This document shows, one piece after another, positions 8,788 to 18,719 of a stretch of 21,830 nt of DNA. The position numbers were made by a program, and so were the translations under genes. This stretch comes from Prasinococcaceae sp. CCMP 1430. Lineage: Eukaryota; Plantae; Prasinodermophyta. The notes below the pieces were generated by a model, which saw only the letters and a program-made list of their open reading frames with translations, searched no databases and was not told the origin of the DNA. The DNA lies in NCBI GenBank assembly GCA_013416795.1, contig RQSC01000635.1:59870-81699 (forward strand). The letters are read 5' to 3'. The first letter of the stretch is position 1, and each line of letters begins with the position of its first letter.

Positions 8788-8852
8788 CCTAGTGGATCCC
8801 CCCCCTCCCTCCACACACACACACACCACCCCAACCCGCATCATCCATCTCG

Positions 8853-11435
8853 ATGGCCGCGGTCGAGCGCAGAACGCCGAGCGACTCAGCACCCGACGAG
8901 CAGCAGGCGAGGTGGCTGGCCGAGTCGCTCGCGTCGGCGAAGCGCGCGGGCCTGCGCATGCGGCGCGCGATCGACGAGGGCTCGCTGCGCGACGCGCTGC
9001 GCTGCGCGAACGAGCTGCTCGGCGAGCTGCGCACGTCGCTGCTCGCGCCGCAGAAGTACTACGAGCTGTACGTGGCGGTGACCGGCGAGCTCCTGTACCT
9101 GCGCATGTTCTTCGAAGACGAGGTCGCCAAGGGGCGCGGCGTCGCCGGCCTGTACGAGCTCGTCCAGCACGCGGGCAACGTGCTGCCGCGCCTGTACCTG
9201 CTGGTGACCGTCGGGTACGTGTACGTCAAGAGCGGGGGGGCGCCGTCCAAGGAGGTGCTCAAGGACCTGGTCGAGATGAGCAAGGGCGTGCAGCACCCCA
9301 CCCGCGGCCTCTTCCTCCGGACGTACCTCGCGCAGACCACGCGCGGCCTGCTGCCGGACGCGGGCAGCGAGTTCGAGGGCGAGGGCGGCTCGCTCGCCGA
9401 CGCCGTCGACTTCACGCTGCAGAACTTCACCAGCATGAACAAGCTGTGGGTGCGCATGCAGCGGCAGGGGAAGGCGTCGCAGCGCGCGCGGCGCGAGCGC
9501 GAGCGGCAGGAGCTGCGCGACCTCGTCGGCAAGAACCTGCTCATCCTCGGGCAGCTCGAGGGCGTGGACGTGGAGGTGTACGGCGGCACGGTGCTGCCCC
9601 GCGCGCTCGAGCAGGTGGTCGCCTGCAAGGACGAGATCGCGCAGCACTACCTCATGGACTGCATCGTGGAGGGCTTCCCCCTGGAGTACCACCTCGAGAC
9701 GCTCGGGGTGCTGCTGGCCGCCCTGCCCAAGCTGCACCCGAGCGTCGACGCCGCCGCCGTCCTGCAGCGCATCGCCGACAGGATCGCGGCGCACGCGGCG
9801 AGCGGCGCGGAGGGGGCCGCCGAGGAGGTGGCGGCGGCGCGGGCGTGCGAGCTCGTGCTGGGCTGCTGCGACGCCATCGCGTCGGCCGAGCAGCCGCGCC
9901 CGCGCGTGGCCATCGTGTCCGCCTACAGCGCGGCGCTCGCCCTCACGCTGCGGATCCGCCGCGACAGGATCGAGATGGTCGACGAGCTGCTCGCGCGCGC
10001 CGCCGCCGCGCTCAGCGCGCCGCGCGCGGCCGGCGAGGGCGCGGCCGACGAGGACTACCCCGCGCTCGAGCGCGCCGTGGTGGCGCTGCTCACCGCGCCG
10101 CTCGACGCCTACGACGACGTGATCAAGCTGCTGGAGCTGCGGAACTACCCCGCCGTGGCGGAGGTGCTCGCCGTGGGCACGCGGCGCGCCATGGCCGCCG
10201 AGGTGGTGCGCTCCCTCATCAGGAGCGGCCGCGCGATCAGCTCGCGCGCGAAGGCGGAGCGCCTCTTCTCGTTCGTGGCGCTGCTCGTCGAGGAGCGCGC
10301 GGATGTGCCCGTCGCGGACGACGAGGACCTCGAGGAGGAGCAGGGCCTGGTGGCGCGCATGCTGCTGTCGCTGTGGTCGGACGATGCCGAGGAGTGCATG
10401 GCTGTGCTCGAGGTCGCCAAGGAGCGCCTCGAGAGGGGCGGGCCCGCGCGCTCGGGGCGCACGCTGCCCACGCTCGCCTTCGCGGCGCTCCGGCTGCTGC
10501 GCGCGGTGCGCTCGCGCGGCGCCGCTGGGGGGTCGCCCCCGGGGGAGGAGGAGGAGGAGGAGGAGAAGGAGGGGGAGGAGGAGGAGGGCGCGGCCGAGGC
10601 GCTCACCCCAAAGAAGGTGCTGCAGTTCCTGCACCGGACGATCTCGCTGCTGCACAAGCAGGGCGGCGCCGCGTCCGCGCCGGTCGCCCTGCGCCTTTTC
10701 CTGCAGTGCGCCGCGGCCGCCGACGAGGCGGGCGATGAGTCCATCGCGTACGAGTTCTACACGCAGGCGTTCGAGCTGTACGAGGAGGAGCTGGCGGACT
10801 CAAAGGCGCAGCAGGCGGCGCTGGCGGTGGTCGTGGGCACGCTCTGCCGGGCGCGCAACCTCGGCGCCGAGAATCGCGAGGCGCTCGTGTCCAAGGCCAC
10901 GCAGTACAGCTCCAGGCTGCTCAAGAAGCCCGCGAGGGCGCGCGCGGCCGCGCTGTGCTCGCACCTCTTCTGGACGGACCGAGAGGGCGGTACGCCCGGG
11001 GCCGAGGGCGGCGGCGGGGAGGGCGCGACGCAGGGGGGCGGCGCCGAGGGCGGCGATGCGGGCGGCGACGGCGGCGTGGGCGGGGAGCCGTACCGCGACC
11101 CCGCGAACGTCCTGATGTGCCTCAAGCGCGCGCTGAAGCTCGCCAACGCCGCCGAGGAGATGGCGAGCAGCGTGGGCGGCGGCGCCAACGAGGCCGTCTC
11201 GCTGTACGTCGAGATACTCAACAAGTACCTCTACTTCTTCGACAGGAGCGTGCCGGGCGTGACGGCGGCGATGATCTCAGACCTGGTCGAGCTCATCGGG
11301 TCCGACATGTCCAAGCTCGAGGGCGAGGTCGCGGAGGGGACCAAGGCCTTCTTTCAGGCGACGCTCGCTCGCATCGCCTCCAAGAGGGCGGCGGGCGACG
11401 CGCCGCAGTACGCGGAGCTCGTGCTGCCCGCCTGA
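8853..11435 (+). CDS. VPS35: Vacuolar protein sorting 35, retromer cargo-selective subunit (intronless, 860 aa)
   Basis: ELRTSLLAPQKYYELY, LYELVQHAGNVLPRLYLL (PRLYL motif), GVQHPTRGLFLRTYL, QNFTSMNKLWVRMQ, YLMDCIVEGFPLEYHL, QYSSRLLKKP, CSHLFW, CLKRALKLA, YVEILNKYLYFF. Confidence 0.97.
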   Translation: MAAVERRTPSDSAPDEQQARWLAESLASAKRAGLRMRRAIDEGSLRDALRCANELLGELRTSLLAPQKYYELYVAVTGELLYLRMFFEDEVAKGRGVAGLYELVQHAGNVLPRLYLLVTVGYVYVKSGGAPSKEVLKDLVEMSKGVQHPTRGLFLRTYLAQTTRGLLPDAGSEFEGEGGSLADAVDFTLQNFTSMNKLWVRMQRQGKASQRARRERERQELRDLVGKNLLILGQLEGVDVEVYGGTVLPRALEQVVACKDEIAQHYLMDCIVEGFPLEYHLETLGVLLAALPKLHPSVDAAAVLQRIADRIAAHAASGAEGAAEEVAAARACELVLGCCDAIASAEQPRPRVAIVSAYSAALALTLRIRRDRIEMVDELLARAAAALSAPRAAGEGAADEDYPALERAVVALLTAPLDAYDDVIKLLELRNYPAVAEVLAVGTRRAMAAEVVRSLIRSGRAISSRAKAERLFSFVALLVEERADVPVADDEDLEEEQGLVARMLLSLWSDDAEECMAVLEVAKERLERGGPARSGRTLPTLAFAALRLLRAVRSRGAAGGSPPGEEEEEEEKEGEEEEGAAEALTPKKVLQFLHRTISLLHKQGGAASAPVALRLFLQCAAAADEAGDESIAYEFYTQAFELYEEELADSKAQQAALAVVVGTLCRARNLGAENREALVSKATQYSSRLLKKPARARAAALCSHLFWTDREGGTPGAEGGGGEGATQGGGAEGGDAGGDGGVGGEPYRDPANVLMCLKRALKLANAAEEMASSVGGGANEAVSLYVEILNKYLYFFDRSVPGVTAAMISDLVELIGSDMSKLEGEVAEGTKAFFQATLARIASKRAAGDAPQYAELVLPA

Positions 11436-11586
11436 AAGCGCGCGCCGGGCGCGCCGGGCGCGCGCCGGGCGCGCGGGTGCGAGTGCGCGCCTGAGTGTGC
11501 ACTCATGTACTCGCTAAAGACGCATTCCCGCACGCCGTCTCGAGGGAGCGCGGCTTCCTGCACGGCGCGACCCCCGCTGCGCGCGC

Positions 11587-11931
11587 TCAGTCCGACCCGC
11601 TGTCGTCGCCGTCGTCGTCGCTGCTGCTCTCGTCGCGGGTCCTGCGCGGCGCGTCGGGCCTGTTCTCGCCCTCCTTGGGCGGCGCGTAGCGGTCGAAGCC
11701 CTCCGCCTCGATGCGCTGCTGGCGCTGCAACTCGCGGCGGCGGCGCACCTCCTCGAGGCGCGCGGCGATCTTCGGGTCGATGGGCGCCGCGGGCGCCTCG
11801 GCGGCGCGCGCCGCGCCGCGGCGCGCCTGCGACGCCTCGTCCTCCTCGTCGCTGCTGTTTGGCGGCAGCATGCCCACGTTGCGGCGCACGGGGGCCTCGT
11901 CCTCCTCCTCATCGCTCGAATTGGGCGGGAG
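11587..11931 (-). CDS. 3' exon of a small acidic / coiled-coil protein; function not assigned
   Basis: LPPNSSDEEEDEAPVRRNVGMLPPNSSDEEDEAS...IAARLEEVRRRRELQRQQRIEAEGFDRYAPP...SSSDDDGDDSGSD*. An in-frame TGA lies just upstream, together with a CTGAC branch-like motif and an AG at 11933-11932, implying an intron that crosses the n joint at 11995. Confidence 0.55.
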   Translation of the reverse strand, partial: LPPNSSDEEEDEAPVRRNVGMLPPNSSDEEDEASQARRGAARAAEAPAAPIDPKIAARLEEVRRRRELQRQQRIEAEGFDRYAPPKEGENRPDAPRRTRDESSSDDDGDDSGSD

Positions 11932-12059
11932 CTTCGTTGGTCGACGCGTTCAGCGGCCGCACCGCGCGTCAGACGGTGATTGCGCGTCGGTGGGNGCGCG
12001 CGCTGTGGGCCGGCCGCCGGCGCGCCGCCGCGCGCCCCGCCATCAAACGCCACGCGTCG

Positions 12060-12440
12060 AACCCTAGCGCATGGATTTTGATGGGGCGACGACACCGACG
12101 ACACCGACGGCCCCGCGCCATTGATTTTGATAAGGATTCGCATTCGAAAGACACCAGAAGTCGATCCAATTGATTTTGACGAGGGGCGTTGGAGACGGCT
12201 CGAAGCAGCTCGACCGCGTGGCTTCACGTGTGTACATGTGTGTAGTCTACTGACGCTGCACTCTGTGGGCAGAGGCGCCCACGGGAGCCGCGCGACGGGA
12301 CCGAGGCACCGTCGCAGCACAAAACGTACGCGCAGATCACATCGAAAGGGCGAGACGTTCCTGTTCGAATTGACGTATTTCATGTCAAAACGAAAGCGCA
12401 ATGGCGCGACGGAAATCCAAGTGATTTTGATGAGGGGCGC
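12060..12440. promoter_or_regulatory. Divergent intergenic/promoter region with four GATTTTGA copies
   Basis: GATTTTGA at 12074, 12123, 12172 and 12423, in a relatively AT-rich island between divergently oriented genes. Confidence 0.5.
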
Positions 12441-12503
12441 GCGCGCGCGCGCGTCGCGCTTTTTTTGCCGCGGGCGCGGGCGGGGCGTGTGGGGGGGTGG
12501 GAN

Positions 12504-12681
12504 AGTTGGTGGTGCCATCGAGCGGATCGACCATCCACGTGGGCGCGTCGGTCAGCTCGGGGGTGCCGCCCGTAGCGGACTCCTCCTCTCCGATGAAGCA
12601 GTGCGAGGGGAACTCGGCGCGCAGGCGCCCCAGGATGAGCTCCTCGCAAGCTTTGTCCGTTTCCGTGACGAGGTCCACATC
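12504..12681 (-). CDS. Inositol monophosphatase (IMPase / VTC4-like) internal fragment
   Basis: [59 protein letters not shown] contains the DLVTExD, GEE and DPLDGTTN metal-binding motifs. Cut by the n at 12503; no credible own start. Confidence 0.88.
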
Positions 12682-15600
12682 CGCCGCGGCCGCCGGCGAC
12701 GAGAGTGGCCGCGGCGGCGACGGCGGCGGCGGCGGCGGCGGCGGCTCGTCGCAGGAAGATCCCGATGAGGGGTCGATGCTCACCTTTCACGAGCGCCTGC
12801 TGGTGCGCCAGGTGGAGGAAATTCGCGCGTACGAGCGCAACCAGCGCGAGAAGCTCGGCTTGTCGACGTACATGCCGCTCGCTGATCGCGCGGGGATGCC
12901 CGCGCTGACGGACCGCAGCCTCGAGTGGCGCTGGCGGGAGATGTTCAACGTGGCGGGCTCGACGGACCAGTCCCTGCTGCGCGACTACCTGCGGGTGAGC
13001 AGCACACTGGATCAGAGCCTGCCGGCCGAGACGCGGCGCGCCGAGTCCGAGATTCGCAGCGTCTTGCTCGGCTCGCTCGCCGACTATCTGAACGGCTCCG
13101 CCGCGGTCACCGCGGCCGAGGCGCGGCTGTGTGAGACGAGCCTGAAGCACCACCGCATGTGCACGACATACGACCGCGCGGCGTTCTGCGTCGGCAGTTT
13201 CGTCAACGCCGCACCCGCCGCCGTGTCGCGCATGAAGTGCGCGCCGAACGTCATATCGGGCATGTGCGCCGGCGCTGAGTACGGCTGGCCGATCGGCCAG
13301 GGCGTGGCCAAGTTCTGCGCCAACGGGCTCGTCGTGTTGGCCACCTGGAAGCACGCGGCCCCCGATGCCCGCTCGGCTGCCATGCACGCGCTGCTCATCA
13401 CCATGCACAAGTGGCTGATGGACCCGTACGACCCCCCCGAAGATGGCATCGAGGTGGCCGACTGCAACTGCGAGGCTCCGGCGCTTGCTGCGACGTGCTT
13501 CCTGGAGCGCGCGTTCGTGCGCGCCGGCAAGCTGGTCACGGAGGTCACGCTCGCATACGACAAGCTCGCGCAGCTCACCATGAGCATGCTCGAGGTCACG
13601 CAGGAGAAGGGCGGCAACCCGTTCTGCGTGTCGCACATCCTGCGCATGAAGGGCGGCGCGGCGCGCCTCGCCTCGCTGCCGGACTCCGAGGAGGCGCTCG
13701 GAGGCTGGGTGCAGGGAGTGCCTCTCGTGCACGCGATCGCCCTGTCCACGTGTATGTTGGACACGCTCGACGACCGAGGCTCCAAGCGCGAGGTCATGCT
13801 GGCCTTCGATCGCGTACTCGACACGGCGCGGGACCAGGGAGAGGAGCGCCGCTGGCACGGGTGGTCGCAGGAGGCTGACGATTGCAGCGCGCACGCCTTC
13901 GGCTCGTACCTCCTGCTGAGCAACTTCGCCAGCGTGCCGTTGCTGACCACGCTGTGCAAGCTTGCGTCGGAGTCGGAGCTCGCCGTCAAGTTGCTGTCGA
14001 AGGTTGCGACCTCCAGGGTCGGCTATCTCTGCCTGTGCTTGGTCGCCCGAAAGTTCAGGACGGGCGACAGCGAGACCGAAACCGCGGCGACGCACGCGCG
14101 CGCCGCGGATCTTGACGCGCAGGAGGACTTTCTGGACGGCTTTCACGTGGACCGCACGTGGGATTCGTACGAAATGGACGACTTCGATGCCGACTCGGAG
14201 CTGATGCCGCTCCTCGGCCGCTCGCTGCATTCCACCGACCCAGCGGACGAGCCTTACGGCCCGCCGTGGCTGACGTGGCGAAAGCAAACTCGCGACCTGC
14301 CCACTGCTCTCGAGGCGACCAAACGACACTTCGAAAGCGCGGGTGCGGCCAACGGCGCGGAAGCGCTGGTTCGCGCCTGGCCAGGGCCCGCGCCCTGCCC
14401 GCGCGCCGACGCGGGGACGCCAGGCGAGAGCGGCGCGGCCGCGAGCAGCAGCAGTGCCAATGGCACGCGAAGCGGCAACGGGAGCGCGACGCAATGGCCT
14501 GGCTCCGTCGGTGCGCCCGATCTCGCGACTGCGTACACAGTCATGCAAGTCCTGGCCGAGGCTGCAGCCAAGATGGGCCTCGCGGAAGAGGAGAGGAGGG
14601 TGGAGGCCAAAATGTCAGAGCTCATCGGCGGCATGACGCTGCGCGAGAAGCGCGTGTGGCTGTGGCGGCAGATCAGGACGCCCTGGGCGGGTGGCGACCG
14701 CGTCGATGGTGATGGCCCGTCGTCACCCGTGTCCGAGGGCGAGGACGAACTGATCCCGCCTGGCTTCGCGGACGCAAACGCGGGCGCGGGAAGGCAGGCG
14801 CCCAGCGGTCACGCGCGCCGCGCACCGAGAGGCCGGCGTCGTCGGCGGGCGGCCACGACGAACGACCTCGCTGACACCGATGCTGACTCGGACTACAGCT
14901 CTGATGGGGATGAGTCAGACACATCCGAGGGCTTCACGTTCATCGAATGTGACCGCTCGAGCGTGCGGACCACGATCGAGGGCTTGTTAGGGCAAATGCA
15001 CGATGGCATCGGAGTGGCGGGCAATCCGCTGGTGGACCTGGAGGTCGCCTTCACTGGCGAGTCGAGCGCAGGCTCGGCCGTTGTGCGCGAGTGGCTCACG
15101 GTGGCCACCAAGGCGCTGCTCAGTGCGGAGGCGGGGATCTTCGCCAGCCTTGATGGGGGCCGCACCTTTCGCCCGTCCGCCGCGGCTTTCCCGCACGTTG
15201 CGCTCGAGGAAGAGCACGAACGGCTGGAGGCGCTTCGGGCGGCGATTAGTGAAGCCACGACAACGGGCGGAGATGATGTGGGTCGCGATGAGGCAGCGGA
15301 TGCCTTGTGGGATGATGCGTTTGACCCGTCGGAAGGACCAGAATTTCGCGCGTCGGAAGGAGCAGAGTCTGCGACGTCTGCGCCTGCGCCCGCCGCTGGG
15401 AGCGGCTCAACGGCCGTCGCATTTGAGTCCATAGTGGCCAACACTCTCGGGTTGTTCGAGATTCAAGGGCGCGTGCTAGGCTTCGCGCTGGCACACCAGG
15501 AGTACATTCCTCTGCGCCTGTGCCCGATGTGGGCCAAGCTCATCTTGCGCGACGGCCAGCCGTGGGAGCCCAGCGACGACGAGGTCAAGACCTTCGACGC

Positions 15601-16594
15601 CGACTTTGCACGCGCCAAGGTCAACTTCCTGCGCAACAATGACATCGACGAGCTCTATCTCGGTCTCGACTGGACGGATGCCGTCGAGGACAGGCAGGCA
15701 GAGGCAGCCGAGGCAGAGGACCCCGAGGGCGCCGAGGAAGGCTCTGACGCCTCCGACGGGAGCAGCATCAGCGACGCCAGCGAGGCGCTCGACGACGGGG
15801 AGATCGATGCCGCCGCCAGGGCTTTGGTCCGCGCGCGCTGCGCGAGCCGCGTGCCCCTGCCGCCGCCGAGCGGGGCATCCAACACCTTCCACTTGTCCTA
15901 CTACGTCAACTTCTTCCGCGCGCTCGCGGACCAGGGCTGCTGCCTCGACCGCGATGCGCTCGATGAGGCGCGCTCGCTCGCCGAGGATTGCGAGGTGAGC
16001 GAGGCAAACAAGGACGAGTACCTGAAGCGGGTGATCGAGTACCGCATGTTCGCGTCGGTCGAGGCCGCCTCGCGCGCGTTCCTGCGCGGCCTGCACGTGG
16101 CGGTACCCCCCGAGGTGCTTCGCAGGCTGGCCGAGGTTGTGTCGCCTCAGGACTTCTGCGACATCATCAGCGGCGTGGGAGACATCGATGTGGATGACTG
16201 GGAGGCCAACACCAAGTACCAAGGTGCTCTGCACGAGAGTCATGAGGCCGCGAAATGGTTCTGGTCCATCGTGCGTGATGACCTGCACGACGAACAGCGC
16301 AGGCAATTGCTTGCCTTCGCCACGGGCTCGAGCCTGGTCCCGCTCGGCGGATTCGGGGCCTTGCGTGGCTTCGCCGGTGGGACGCACGTATTCACGCTGT
16401 GCGACAGCCCGGCGTCCGCCGCACCAGACCTCCAATTGCCGCGCGCGCACGCGTGCATATGCACGCTCGACTTGCCCATGTACACGTCGCGACAGGTCAT
16501 GGCACAGAAGCTCGTCACAGCGATCGAGTTTGGCTCGGCGGGCTTCGATGAGGGTGCGGTGGCGGGCGCGGGCGGCATCTCGGATGACGAGTAG
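12682..16594 (+). CDS. HECT-domain E3 ubiquitin ligase; true N-terminus uncertain (first usable ATG at 12776)
   Basis: [98 protein letters not shown] (catalytic Cys at 16454-16456). Uninterrupted frame to TAG. Confidence 0.92.
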
Positions 16595-16700
16595 CGGCGC
16601 AACCACTCAATCAATTATTTTTGGTGAAGTACACATTTTACATTGCGTAGAGGCAGGCGCCGCTTTCGAAGCGCTGAGCCGCGAGCGCCAGGAGCATCGC

Positions 16701-18437
16701 TCAGGCGTGTCCGCCGCCGCCTGGCCCTCGCGTCTGTGGGCTGTTTTCCACGCTGTCGAGCAGCGCCTCCGACGCCTCGTTCTCGACCCCTTCTTCGCGA
16801 GGCGCCAGGAGCGCGCGCCAGACCAGCCGTCCCACCGACGCGAGCCCCGCGGCGCACAGCACGCACCCCAAGACGCCTGTCGTCGTCAGAACGACGGTCG
16901 CGGCTTTGAGCAGCCTCAGATTCTTTTTCACCTGCTTGAGCGCCAACGGAGTCGCAACCCCGCCCTTCTCGAGCCACATGAGGGGCACGAGCGCGGGGCT
17001 GATGTCCTCGAAGAGTGTCACGTTCTTTGTCCGCCCTGTGGCGAGCACCTTTGCATCGAGCCACACGTTCGCCTGCAAGCGCTGCAGCCCGTTGAGCGTC
17101 GCTCCCGACGTGGGCTCCACGTCCAACATGGTGTCGTGGAGTGCCCTGTCCGGCATCACATCGCCGTGGATCCTCGACAGCAGAGGCGCGTCGCCCCCCC
17201 CGAGCTCCGTGCCATTGAATGCGCCCTGCACGTCGAGGAAGTGCGGCTTCGACAGAAACAGGGGCAAGCCAAGGCCGCATCGAGTGGCGTTCATGACACC
17301 ACTCGGGCCGTACGCGAACCACCTCGCGTTTGCTGGGTAGACCTGCGCGCTCAAGTAGTCGTCGTGCTTGATCGTGAAGCGCAGCGTGGGGACGCCGTCC
17401 ACGTCCGAGCGCTCGCCATCGACGTTGACTAGGGTGGACGAGCGATTGACCTCCTCCGCCCATACGACGAGCTCGTCCGTGGATCTGACGCCGGGGCCGA
17501 ACATGGTGCCGTCCGAGCCTGTCACCTGGTTCTGCTCGGGGGTAGGCCACACGGGCACCTGGGTGTCCGCGTTGCACGGCAAGCTCGCGCAGCACTTGAT
17601 GGACTCATAGCCTTTCCACATGGTGTAGTTGCCAACGCCCTTCGCGTGCGGCAGCCCCGCGTCCTGCTCGGACATATCCTCGGACTCCTCCGTTGGGATC
17701 TCAGTCATGTTGGCGTGGCCCGACAGTCCGGGTATGCCCGCGCCAAGCGGCAGCAACGAAGAAATCATGGGGATCGTCGCAAGCAGCTGCGCGATGAGCG
17801 GGTCATCGAATCCGAACGCAAGCTGCGCGACCGTGCGGTTGACAAAGAGCAGGTCAGTGAATCTCTTTGGGAAGCGCCTCTGGAGCTCCGAGACCAGCTC
17901 CGCAACGACCAGTTCCTCGGCCGGGCTGAGCTGTCCGGCGATGGGACCCGCCAAGGAAAGCGCCGCGAGGATCGCCGCGTTGACGGTCGTCACGTTGTCG
18001 TCGGCGTGCGCTCCGGGCACGCTGCGGGACGGGTCCAGCGAGTAGTGCTCGTACGTGCGGTAGCGGACGTGGCGCTCGCCGCTGTCGTCCTTTCTCCAGG
18101 CCACGTCGCGTTGCTCCCTGTGCCACACCCAGTGGTACGGCCCCATCTCCCTGAGCAAGGGCTTGTCCCCCCGCATCACGCCCTCCGGATTTTCAATGTT
18201 GAAGTAGTATCCCTTCAGCCACATCTCCGCGAGCGCCTCGTCGGCGGGCACCCCGCCAGCCCACGCGCGATACCCGAACGTGCCCTCGCCGGTCTCGCCG
18301 TCGAGCGCGACCATTGCGCCAGCCTGTCTGTCGGCGAGCCCGCGTAGCGCGGCCGGCGCGATGGCGAGCGCCGCGACGGCCACCGCCGCGCCAACGGTCG
18401 CTGCGGCCAGCGCCCGTCCGCCGCGCAGACACGCCAT
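16701..18437 (-). CDS. CD36 / scavenger receptor class B (LIMP-2-like) family membrane protein, about 578 aa
   Basis: N- and C-terminal hydrophobic helices; WLKGYYFNIENPEGVMRGDKPLLREMGPY, VTTVN, LFVNRTVAQLAFGFDD, VTGSDGTMFGP, GVMNATRC..GLPLFLSKPHFL, LHDTMLDVEPTSG, VPLMWLE. ATG at 18437 chosen because it directly precedes the first hydrophobic helix. Confidence 0.9.
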   Translation of the reverse strand: MACLRGGRALAAATVGAAVAVAALAIAPAALRGLADRQAGAMVALDGETGEGTFGYRAWAGGVPADEALAEMWLKGYYFNIENPEGVMRGDKPLLREMGPYHWVWHREQRDVAWRKDDSGERHVRYRTYEHYSLDPSRSVPGAHADDNVTTVNAAILAALSLAGPIAGQLSPAEELVVAELVSELQRRFPKRFTDLLFVNRTVAQLAFGFDDPLIAQLLATIPMISSLLPLGAGIPGLSGHANMTEIPTEESEDMSEQDAGLPHAKGVGNYTMWKGYESIKCCASLPCNADTQVPVWPTPEQNQVTGSDGTMFGPGVRSTDELVVWAEEVNRSSTLVNVDGERSDVDGVPTLRFTIKHDDYLSAQVYPANARWFAYGPSGVMNATRCGLGLPLFLSKPHFLDVQGAFNGTELGGGDAPLLSRIHGDVMPDRALHDTMLDVEPTSGATLNGLQRLQANVWLDAKVLATGRTKNVTLFEDISPALVPLMWLEKGGVATPLALKQVKKNLRLLKAATVVLTTTGVLGCVLCAAGLASVGRLVWRALLAPREEGVENEASEALLDSVENSPQTRGPGGGGHA

Positions 18438-18719
18438 TGGCCCGGAGGGGGGGAGGGGGCGTGGGGGGAAGGAGGGGGGGGAGGCAGCAGCAAGGGCCTC
18501 GCCGGGGCCCACCAGCGGCAGCGCGTGCGCGTGCGCGCGCTGCCGCTCAAAGACAGCGCACACAGAAGTGAATGCGGCGGCTCGCCCGAGTCGAGGTCAC
18601 AGGAAGCGGGATAGAGCCGCGCCTCGCACGAAGGTACGGGGGCGGAGGGAAGTGCGGGGAAGGGGGGGGGGCGGAGGGGGGGGGGCGCTGGGCGCCACGC
18701 TGCGTCGCCCCCGCCAGCT

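Noticed and set aside
4829-12430. CRISPR-like repeat-spacer arrangement (30-bp repeat pair; periodic GATTTTGA)
   Set aside because: Only two copies of the 30-mer, the other motif is 8 bp, there are no cas genes, and the context is eukaryotic.
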